Assembly (NCBI GenBank): GCA_050084515.1
Contig: CM114271.1
Span: forward strand, 18,662,001-18,726,000
DNA from: Blasia pusilla
Taxonomy: Eukaryota
Direction: 5' to 3'
Length of the DNA stretch: 64,000 bases
Positions 13,434 to 24,832 of this stretch are shown here, piece after piece. Each line of letters begins with the position of its first letter. Positions within the stretch are counted from its first letter, which is position 1. The notes beneath the pieces are model-generated. The model was not told the origin of the DNA. It was given only the letters and a program-made list of their open reading frames with translations, and did not search any database. The translations under genes were made by a program, and so were the position numbers.

Positions 13434-14207
13434 TGTCGTGCACATACACATCGGTACACAACATACATCGCTCTCATCAAACACACACACAAACACACAC
13501 GATCCCATGCTAACTCATGGCATCCATACACAGAGGCGAGAAGTACCAAAATATCTCCAATAAAATAAGATCAAATCTCTCTGTACACCATCTCACACCA
13601 TAGCTCTCAAAGGTGCACGTGTACTCTCCCTCATGTCGAACCAAACCCACTCTCCTAATGAGAGGCTTGGGTTACACTCACAATGCAAGAAACCATAGCT
13701 CGGCCGCCTCATGCCAAGAGGTTCAACAAAGAGAGAATGAGCTCTCAAGCTCCCTCTCTTGGAGGTATACCCCTTTCCCTCTCCCAAGCCCTCTCAACGG
13801 TAACCTATGCTCGCAGGTCACCTCCTTGTCTCTTGACCTACTATAGCGGGTCAAGGGCCACTTTCCAAAGTAGAAAGTCAACTATCCCCAACATGGAAAC
13901 TTACCCTAATAGTAAGTTTCTCTATATGGCTCCAAATGAGCCGAAACGAAGGGGAAACCTGCTCTCTCAAGTTTCCCGGGGCGTCAGCAGGTCATTCTCG
14001 ACCTCCTGGGCCTGTCCTCCACTACTTGTGAAGATGCTTTGCTAGATCCTACCCATCTATTCTAACAGTCGTGACAATTGTCGTGCGCATACACATCGCT
14101 ATACAACATATATCGTTGTCATCGAACACACACACAAACACACACGATCCCATGCTAGCTCATGGCATCCATACATAGAGGCGAGAAGTACCAAAATATC
14201 TCCAATA
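13434..14207 (-). repeat. B2 3' terminal block: Y (13434-13562) + X (13561-14076) + AT + Y' (14079-14207)
   Basis: Y is repeated after GTGACA-AT-TGTCG; X is repeated at 23160-23649. Confidence 0.92.
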
Positions 14208-14384
14208 GCTGGTGGTTAGGTCCCTCTAACTCCAGATAGCCATATATCCCTACCTACCATGACATACATATCTAGGACGCTAAGAGCAGAAAGGCCAGAT
14301 GCTCATGGGGCCCCATCGTAAGTCACCTTCCTCTCATCCATGTCACAGAAAAATTCGGAATCAAAATCTACCTAGTATCTCCTC

Positions 14385-17300
14385 TATGTACATCTGGGAC
14401 ACATCCATCATCCCTGAGGAACCCTAGTGAGAGGTGGTGTCAGACATGCCATATGCCAACCTCTCGAACATCCATCATAGACTAGGATCGTGGCCGCACC
14501 ACGGGCAGAACCACACAACATACAACGCAAGTTTGCAGGAACTACTGCTAAGCTCAGATCTATTGTACCATCAGTGTTAGGAAGGTGACATGGCGCACAA
14601 TTACGCACATGGTCCTTCCATATCATACCATTGCGTCTCTCTAGCAAGAGAACACAAAATGGCAAAACGTCACGCACTCTCAAGATAGTGCACCCTGCAG
14701 TCACATCCAACGTCGTCGGTGCCGTTTGCTGCAAGTAGACATAATCTCCCTGATGAAACCTCCGGATAGTTGGTCGATAACCACCATCCCAAATAGTCGC
14801 ATATCTCAACGTATCCCGATACTGCGCAATCGCCAAGTTCTCGAATGCCATGGGCATCTCTCTCCAAAACAACTCAGCATTTTGAGAACATGCTCGCATC
14901 CATACATCTGGGTCATTAAGGTCCAGGACCTCACTAGCATCTCGACAAATGGCCGCAGGTAAATTTGGCTCTCGGCCATAAAGTAGCAAGTACGGTGAAA
15001 AAGACGCTAAGGATGTCTGCCTGCTGAATCTGTATCCCATCGCCAACCACCGCAACTGGAGGTCCCAATCTCCTAGGTGACCTCTCTGCAAGCCATACTT
15101 GGGTAAACCCCTCTTCACCGTTTGCACAACTCTCTCCGCTAATCCATCCACCTCAGGATGATCTCGTGAAGTCGTGCAGTGGTCGATCAACGCATGATCA
15201 CACAAGGTGTGGAACTCACCGCAAAACTCGATACCCTGGTCTGTCAACACCTCAGCCCGTGCCCTGTAATGACTCAGTACTCGATCTAGAAGGCATACGC
15301 TACTCCCTCACTCGCTTTGTCAGGAAATGCAACCAACTCGATCCACTTCGAGAAGTGCTCAACCATCACCAACACATAAAGACTGTGACGCTCCATCAAA
15401 GGCAAAGGTCTTGCAAAATCCAAACCCCATCTATACCCTCAGCCCATGATCGGTAATGGATGCAGCTGTGGAGTCCAAGCATTGAACGATGCTCGGACCC
15501 GATCACACATCATGCACCTGGCAACAAACTGCTGAACGTTAGTCTGCATGCCTCGCCACCAATACTGAATCTAGAGCAAGCTGTACGTCCGCTTCACCCC
15601 AAAGTGACCCAACTCCTCATGGGCATGCTGCACTAGTCGTGCTCTCTGCGAAGGATGCGGCACTACGTGTACTCTACCATCCTCCCAAACCCTCAAAACA
15701 TGTGTCCCCTCCCAACGGAACCGTCTGGCCCTCTCGATCCGATCCCGCTCTCTAGCACCTACGGTGCTCGCATCGCTGCCGGTACGAAGGTACTCCAAGA
15801 CTACTCTATCATTATGAATATCTCGGCCACATGTCGTCTCCTCATTGGCCTCGGGATCCAAGGACTCTCCACTAGACCTCGCCATCGAAGTCTCCACACT
15901 CTGGCTCTCCATAGCCAACATGCCTAAATAGGCTAACGCATGCCATCTTGGCACTGACTCCTCATCACTCTCTCTATGCCATCGAGCTCCAGTCGCATCT
16001 TTCTGACTCGGGCATGGGTTACCACTCAACCCATCTGCATCTTGGTTGAGCGTCCCAAGTCTATGTACCACCTGAAAATCATACTCCTGCAACAACGGAG
16101 CCCATCTCGCAAGCTTCCCTCTAAGATTGTCGGACTCCATCAACCACTTCAGTGGTTGATGATCAGTGATGATGGTAAAGGGATTGCCGAATAAGTAACA
16201 CCTGAAATGCGCGACAGTCCACATTGCAGCCAAGCACTCACCCTCATACGAGCTGTACTTTGCCTCTGCAGCGTTGTTCGAGCGACTAACGTAAGCTACC
16301 ACGAACTCTCTACCCTCATCATCATGTTGGGTGAGCACCGCTCCAAGCCCCAACATGCTCCAATCTGTGTGCAACTGGAAAGGACGCACCCTGATCAGTC
16401 TCCTCAAGATGGGCGCGGACGTCAACCTATCCTTGAGCAACTGAAATGCTCGCTCTTGCTCATCTCCTAGTGCCACTCGTGATCCATCTTGGTCAACAAG
16501 GTTAGCGGCTTTGCAATCGAACTGAATCCCTTGACGTACCGACGATAGAAGTTTTCCAATCCCATGAATGCGCGAACACGGCTCACATCTGTAGGGCATG
16601 GAATGCGTGAGATAGCCTCTACCTTTGTCTGCTAAACACCAAGGCCCCTTGGGTATATTGTATGACCCAAGTACTCAATCTGGTCGTAGAAGAACCTGCA
16701 CTTGCTTGGATGTAGCTTCAGCCCATGTAAATGCAATCGTCGAAACACCTCCTCTAGATGTCGCTCATGCTCCTCAATCGTGGCGCTAAAGACTATGATG
16801 TCATCAATAAAACACCAAGCAAAATCCATACCAGCCAAGATCCTATCCAAAACTCTATGAAACTCAGCCGCGGCGTTTTGTAACCCAAATGGTAAGAACT
16901 GCCACTGGTACAACCAATCCTTCCCGTGAGGATCGATGCCCCAAAATGCCGTCTTCTGCCTGTCCTCCAATCTGATTGGCATTTGCTGGTATCCGACTCG
17001 CAAATTCAATGAACTGAAGACGTTTGCGTGACCAATCGCATCAAAGATCTCCTCAAGGGTGGGCATGGCATACCTATCGGACTTTGTCTACCGATTGATA
17101 GGTCGGTAATCCCCACACATCCGCCTATTCGTCCAGTTTCCATGCACATCCTTCTTGGCGGGCATGACAGTGGCAGATGCATACTCCCCATGCGATATCT
17201 CCACTAGTCCTACTCCGACCAAGTTCTAGCTCCTACTCTGAATCAGAGCCCTCTCCATATCACTGTACCTGTAGGGTCGTCGAAAGATTGGCGTATCACT

Positions 17301-20300
17301 CGACAACTCAATGTGGATGCCCAGTCCCTTCAACGTACCCAAATCCTCCATGCTAAATGCAAAGTAGCTCCTATAACTCCTGAGGAACTGATGTATCCGG
17401 CGTCGCTCTCCTCTTGTCAACTTAGGGCCCATATTTGGCTTCCAAGTCTCCATTGTGACTACGGTAGGACTCTCCGGCGCGGGTATTGGTGGATGCTATG
17501 GTGCAATCCCATCTCAAACAACAACACTCGGCCGCTCTCCTGCAGCCAACTGCAAACTCTGATCTCCTCCATGTGCAGTGCCCAAAACCACGCTCGATGC
17601 TCTGGCTATCATCTCTTGGCGTACCTGCAAAACATCCCAAGAAGTCCAAGGGTGTCTCTCCCAATCTCCCCTGGTATGTAGATCTCCTCGAGTCTCGCCC
17701 CCAGCCACTGCCTCCACCGTCTTGGTAGGCATGGGGCTCACCAACGCAACCGTTGTGATCTGTCGCGATCTCCTACGACGTTGCTCAGCCACTTTCAAGT
17801 TGAGGATGGATGTCAAGCAATTCAGGTCCATTGCCTGACCCAAGACATGGCGTCGTGATGCCTCTGACACTGACGGTACTGTCGTCATTCCTATGGGAAA
17901 TCCCATCGCTCGCTCTCTCTCATCGGCGTTGGGCTCCACCAACCGTTGAACCTGGTCATCCCAAGCCAAGCAAGGACCGGCCTCCTTGTATGCATAGGAA
18001 GCGAGAAAACTCACAAACGTGGGCAAGGCTGCCCGCGGCCTGCCTACCGTGTTGACCATAGTCAACAGTGGTCGATTGTGCCTCACTGCCTGTGATCGAC
18101 GACTTGGATCTAGAATGGAATCCACTAACAAATGGGAGGGACGATCCACTCTCGCATACGCCCTCCGTAACACCGCGTGGGGCACCAAGTTGGTCCACCA
18201 TAGACGCGGGCAATGGGCTCTAGAACCTACACTCCCCCACATCCAAGAGCACTGTTGGGCCAATCCAGGCACGCACCTGGTGAGCAATCGTCACTACCCG
18301 TGCCCCGAGTCTCCTAATATCGCACATTCTCCAGAATGTAGGCTGGAGAATGAGACTGGTGCTCGTGCAACTTCTGTAAGACCCTCAACATCTCCCAAAA
18401 CAACCTGGACTGAGTGTCAGCCAATCCGCTGCCTCATCCAGCACTCGATTGGCCCTTACATGGCCAACCGGCAATGACCAAATCAATGGTTCCTACCCGC
18501 TCTAAGTCCTGTGCCCCCAACAACGAAATATCCCTCTGTAGGGAACTTTAATTTGGTACCCCTGTACCGCGGACGCAGAAATAAGTCGGGAAAACGTAGG
18601 CGTAACTGTGCCACATATCGTAGTGAGATGCGCCTTGCAACATCATCACTCTCCACATACAGGTACTGATGTACTGGCACTCATGGGTGCAAAACAACAG
18701 CTAACCGGGTTCTAATCCCTCCAAAGAGATCTAACACTCGAATACCCTTCTCCGAGGTACACCACACAATGGGTGTGGTATCCAAAGGTGTCATCGTAGC
18801 ACTTCATGCTACCTAGAGTTCCTCAGACCCGTCACGCTCCGGTGCAAAAGCCTCGCTCCACGCGGTCTGCACGTGTTCCTCTGCCAATCGTCAAAGCTCC
18901 TCAGTCGAGCCCCACAACAGCACCTCTCCTCCACGGAATGATGCGGCTACCATAACACTTCTCTCCATAGAAATTTCAGGAACGGGAATATCCTCTGGAT
19001 GGACATGGTCCTCAATCAAATCACTAGGCCAAGTGATGGCACTGCTAAATGGTGCTAAGGTCGCCATCTCTCCTGGCCGTTGGTCAATCACTGCACCTCT
19101 GAATCGAGCGGGTAATGAGCTTAGGCGCCCATCACCTGACTGCCATCCTAGTTTATAGGACACTGACCCCTCCTAATAATCCAGGGCAAACCCCATCGGG
19201 TATAACACTCATCCACCAACCAAGACGTCGTAGGACTTTGCATCAGTCACTATCGCCTTGGCTCACACCACGGACTCATCTGTAGGATGTCTCGGGCGAA
19301 TCCACACCACGACCTCCTCTCGGGTGATATAATGTGTGGTACTCACTCCATCCAAGGATGTCCGTATCCGGAATGGACAACGCTCCACATTGGCTCTCGT
19401 GAAGCCTAGTCCTCTGAATGACGCTTTCCCCAACATCAGGGGTTGCGCTCCTGAATCCAAAAGGACTAGCAGCCGCAGCGTGCCATGAATTTGACGTGCA
19501 CGGCCTGAGCATCTGCTCCAAGGGCAGGTCCATTACCTCCTTTGCAATCACCTCTGAATGTGATGCAGGAACTCCAAATCCACGCTCACATAGCATAGTG
19601 GCTAGCCAAAATGCCTCGGCGGACGTACCCCCCAACGTCATAACATCGGAAGCAGAAAATAAAGGAGTGCGGTACACAATGGTGGCTGCCCCCAACAACG
19701 TGATCGACATATGCCCCTCTTGAGTATCAAAAATAGGAGTCGTCGCACTTGCTTCTCCCATCGCCCTCCGTGCGTGCACACCAACAACATTACCAACTCT
19801 CCAGGAACTTTGATCAGGACCCATCGATGGGGTCCTCATCGCCTCGGACAACGTGATAGTTGAGGAAACCTAGTCTATTTGGTGGCTTCCCCTCATTGTG
19901 GATCCAACTCTGCGGCTGCTCCATGCGTCATGACTACGGCTTCCTCCATGTGGGCAACCCCGCACATCCAACCAGGATCCTCCATATCTCTGGCTGCTCC
20001 ATATAATGTCGATGCCACGGATCCGACATCGGGTAATCTCAATGCCATAGCGGCAATATGCTCCTGTAGCTGATGTATCTGAGCAGCCATCCTAGCCTCA
20101 CGCCCGACATCTCCCTTGACGTGTCTAGGTGGTGGGACTCTACCTCCTCCACGGGCAGCTCCACCACCCTGCCGGGCAACTCCAGTTCCTCGTCTCCCAA
20201 CGGGACCGCCAGGTGCACGATCTCTAGGCCCACCCGGACCGGCTACTTGCTCTGGTGCCCTCTCTGGCCCTCGGTCCGGACGTAACTCAGGATGTAAAAT

Positions 20301-21550
20301 GAAACACTTGGCGCGTGTATGACCATACCTCTGACAATAGTCACACTCATAACCTCCTGGTGTAGCACCATCTCCTCCTCCATGTTGAGTCATACATCCA
20401 TGACCCTGACAAGTGCAATCGCGCTGATGATGGGCTCCACCACATGACCAACAAGTAATAGTAGGCAGCTGCTGCTGAGCCGCATATGAAGGCGCAAATC
20501 TCTGTGGCACGGCCTCCTGGTATTCCACCTAAGCTCGTGGTGCCACAGCCGACCTATCTCGGAGTCCACGTTGCTGCACATGTAGTGCAGACAATCGTGA
20601 CTGCTCTCGCCCAGAACCCATGGTGGCTACGCTCTCCTCCGCCATGTTGCGCTCAATGTTCTCGGAGGTCCTAAAAATATCTCTCAATGTAGGGGAGGTG
20701 TTCATAAGAAGCACCCCTCCCGCACCCATGACCGCAGGGTCCGGTCCAGCATCGCGTACCATGACTGGATAGCCTGAGCCTCTGTCACCCCCTGAGTGAC
20801 GTTGATCAACCGGCGCAAGCGAGTGTAAGCCTCACGCAAACTCTCACCCTGGCACCTCTAGAAATCGTGGATGCTCCGCAACTTCTCTGTCCGTACCCCC
20901 AGGTAGCTCGCCCTCAACTCAGCAAAGAACTCAACCACAAGGTTGAACCTAAGACGCACCTGACTAGACGGTGCAACTGCTCCCATGTGAGTGACCCCTC
21001 CAAAAACGTCACTAGTGGAAGAGGAAGTAGCCTCTTCTGACTCCTCCTCCTCATCTAGGAACGGCTCCGTCTATGACACATAGTGTGGGTCATAGTAGAG
21101 TCGCCATGCCTCAATCTCTTGGGCATATATGTGGGAGAACTCATGGTAATCATCCATGGGTGCCTCCTCTAAATGCTGGAGCATACCATTCCATGTTGTA
21201 AATGGGTTGAACTCTGTAGAGTTCCTAGCCCGCTATGAGTCACACCAACTCCTAAACTCCGCAATGAAGTCGTGTAGCTCTATGGTGCCTACAGCACCCA
21301 AAAACCTACGCGGTCCTCTACCTCGGTCGTCCATCTCATACGCCCAACTAGTAGGACCACTCAATGTGTACGGTGGATCACTAACAAACTCCTCTACACG
21401 CTCCCCTTCGTCTGAAGACGACACAAAAGGAGATCGAGGTGGTCTTTCACTTGGAGATCCTCGAAACCTCGCATCACTACGGGTAAACCCTCTAGAGCTA
21501 CTCTCAGGTCCACTACCTTGCCTCTCAAAATCCTAAAAGGACGCCGTGAG
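14385..21550 (-). pseudogene. B2 gag-pol with DNMT (~17800-18745) and C-terminal PHD (~14390-14525)
   Basis: CWSCGGAHHQRDC and CDYCQRYGHTRAKC knuckles, DSGAQP, VIAGWPCKG (~18455-18480), SRAHCPRLWWTN, LGQAMD, CFIDDIIVFS, LHTDWSMLGLGA, CMLCGS..C..GWHMACL. Confidence 0.9.
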
Positions 21551-23144
21551 GGCCCTTGTGTCCCTCTCACCCGATCACTCTCAACCTCGCGAGTTATCCC
21601 TCAATCACTCATCCCAAACATGGGGCACTCGATCTACACTCTCCCTCTTCGAGACGTGTAACGTGCAGCAACAAGCGGCGTGGTGCGGCAAATCGACCAG
21701 GCTATCATCTCATCGACAACCTACTCTCAACTCCGGACATCCCACACAAGTCTATGTCCCCTAAACCACATACATAAATGATGCTCTTAGCATCCACACA
21801 CCCAATATCCCCAAATAAACTACCAAAATCCCAGAATCCCTCATGCGTGTAGGATAAAGGACCAGAATGGGTAACCTGAACTCATGTCGATGTCGCTCTT
21901 CAATAACTGCAAATCTCAACCCGAACTCGGTCATGGAGATAACTCCTCCAATCAGCAAGTCATAACCCTCCCATACAGACGCTGCTCAAAACTCTTCGGT
22001 TGACAGTGCGGAACGGTGCGGCGTTGCAGGCAGCACAGAACAGCTACGAACGGCACGGACCTCGATGGTGGGATGCGGCACTTGGCGGCATAACCTCCTC
22101 AATCAACAATAAACCCACACTCTGCTCCACAATGACAGTGCGGTTCCGTGATCGAGATGGTGCGGTGCGGCTAGAGCGGCACGGCGCGGAAATTGGCGGC
22201 GCGTTGCGGCTACGAGCGTCACGGCATGGTACTCGATCGTCGTCGAGCGGCTACCAATCACAACATAGCAGCATGAAATCAAAACTCAAACACCATAACC
22301 GGAGGTCATGTGCCATCACTTGTTGATGACAAAACTGTGATGACGGTGGCGGCCAAAAAAAAGTACGTGTTGGCAACGCAGGTCAGAGAATCAACGAACG
22401 TTGTGGAAGATCCTCCAATCCGTAACGGCGGCAATGGCAACCAAAGGGTGGACAACGGACCGTGGACCGTTGACGGTGACGGTTCATCGTTGATTGTGAT
22501 GGCCGACCGCTGAAGGTGATGGTTGACCATTGATGGTGAAATTTGACCATCGATGGTGGACGGTTCGCGATGACTATAACGGGGACGGTAGTTATCGGCA
22601 TGGCGGGTGGTTTAGGGTTTGAACAATTTAACCCTAAAAACCGCCTTGCAATGGCAATTTTGCAAGATTGACCATAACTTTTTGCTCGCAACTCCAAATT
22701 GCGTACTGTTTATTGCACAACGTGTACAGCTTCATGATCTACAACAACATTAAAAAATATTTGGAATTAGACATTCCAATAAAAATTATAGGGACTGTTG
22801 TAAATCCCAATGTCTCTTTCTCCGACACAAAATTTGGCAGCGCTTCCGCGCTAATTTCTCCCAACAAAAATGTAAAACCTATAAAAATACAAATCAGCAA
22901 GCTACATGGTGCTCTTGAGAGCATTGGCATGGGGAAATATGCCCCAATAATCAATCCCTATCAGAAATTGGGCAGCGCTTCCGCACGCCACTCTTCCATA
23001 CGAAAAATTGGCAAATGCAAAGAACAATCAAAGCAGCCCTTGCTCCGCTGAGCACTCCCATGAGCCGCTGAATGGGGAACATGGTCCCCAACGTGCAAAA
23101 ACAGCGAGTGACCAGTGGGCTCCCCCATGAAGCTCTCTCACTCT

Positions 23145-23160
23145 CTCATTCTCTCTTTGT
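23145..23160 (-). other. B2 PBS-position sequence (sense ACAAAGAGAGAATGAG), putative self-priming site
   Basis: Plus CTCATTCTCTCTTTGT is the exact reverse complement of ACAAAGAGAGAATGAG at 23319-23334 and 13726-13741 inside X. Confidence 0.72.
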
Positions 23161-23649
23161 AAAGTAAGATCAAATCTCTCTGTACACCATCTCACACCAT
23201 AGCTCTCAAAGGTGCACGTGCACTCTCCCTCATGTCAAACCAAACCCACTCTCCTAATGAGGGGCTTGGGTTACAATGCAAGGGACAATAGCTCGGCCAC
23301 CTCATGCCAAGAGGTTCAACAAAGAGAGAATGAGCTCTCAAGCTCCCTCACTTGGAGGTATACCCCCTTCCCTCTTCCAAGCCCTCTCAACGGTAACCTA
23401 TGCTCGCAGGTCACCTCCTTGGATCTTGACCTGCTATAGCGGGTGAAGGGCCACTTCCCAAAGTGGAAAGTCAACTATCCCTAACATGGAAAAATAACCG
23501 AAATAGTAAGTTTCTCAAACGAAGGGGAAACCTGCTCTCTTAGGTTTCCCGCGGCCTCAGCACGTCATTCTTGATCTCTTGGGCTTGTGCTCCACTATTT
23601 GTGAAGACGCTCTGCTAGATCCCACTGATCTATCCTAATAGTCGTGACA
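23160..23649 (-). repeat. B2 5' terminal repeat x (~490 bp)
   Basis: Direct repeat of 13561-14076, with small deletions. Confidence 0.9.
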
Positions 23650-24077
23650 GAGCGCACAACAATTGGGAGATGCGTGATGAGTTGCATTTCAGTGAGCATT
23701 CATGTTTGAGAGAGACAGATAGAGAGAGAAGGAGAGGGAAAGAGTGGGAATGTGCGGGCAAGAGGCTTTCAGATACATAAAAATATCCAAAGAGAATCTC
23801 AACTAAGTTTAAGTGGCAATAAGTGATTTTTATCCTTCATTGATAATTTCTCTAGAACAACATCAGTATACTTCTTGAAAGAAAAGTCACAAGTATTTCA
23901 CATGTTCCATGATTTCAAGATTCCGATTAAGAATTTTTTTGGATGTTGGGGAGAGAGGGAAAGGCCACTGTTCATTGCGCAACAAGTATTGAGTCCAGCT
24001 TCATCGCTACACTAGAGCTTATGTGATTACGGATGTAAGTGTCGATAAATGATATCAGAAAAACCAAGCAGAAAACG

Positions 24078-24660
24078 TGTCGTGCGAATCCACATCGTCA
24101 TACAACATACATCGCTGACATACCATACTCACATACGTACATAACATAGACAAGAGTATCCACAAATGCAAGTGTACCACAACTGAAATCTGTGAAAGAC
24201 CTACTGTCATAAAACACGTTTACAATCACATACAATCGAGCCAAACCCACTCCACGATGGGAGAATCTAGGTCGAAGCTTGTGGGAAACACCATAGCCAA
24301 GAGCTCTACTCACTACCAAGGCTAACTCCCAACGCAACAGGCTCAACTCAAAGAACTGACTGTTCTTTGAGTGCACTCCATCTTATATCCTCCAACCTAA
24401 GAGCGGGCCCTACTGGGAAACTCACCCCAAACTGAGTAACCCCCAACCCTATGTATGGAACCGCATCTCTACCAAGCCACTACGGTCCTACATAAGGAAT
24501 GGCCTCTACTAGCACACTATACTCTACGACATAATCCATATGGTCATGACAACTGTCGTGCGAATCCACATCGTCATACAACATACATTGCTGACATACC
24601 ATACTCACATACGTACATAACATAGACGAGAGTATCCACAAACGCAAGTGTACCACAACT
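24078..24660 (-). repeat. A2 3' terminal block: Y (24078-24184) + X (24184-24551) + AC + Y' (24554-24660)
   Basis: Same layout as A1. Confidence 0.93.
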
Positions 24661-24832
24661 CGCCCCCCTAATTGGCGGTTAGGTCCCTCTAACTCCCAGG
24701 TAGCCCTATACATCTACTACATGCTATACACCTTCTTGGGTGCCCGAATTAGAAGGCAGGGTGCTAGGTTGCCCCATCGTTAGTCGCACATGTGTAATCC
24801 ATATCATGCAAAGATCAAGTCATCTACCTCTC

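Larger units (their letters stand above)
13434..23649 (-). mobile_element. Family-B Ty3/Gypsy retrotransposon B2, full length, degenerate
   Basis: TGTCGTGC (13434) to GTCGTGACA (23649); perfect 4-bp TSD GAGC (13430-13433 / 23650-23653); gag-PR-DNMT-RT-RH-INT-PHD remnants. Confidence 0.93.

Noticed and set aside
22603-22646. Telomere-like TTTAGGG/AACCCTAAA
   Set aside because: These are single units forming a small inverted repeat in the B2 leader, not an array
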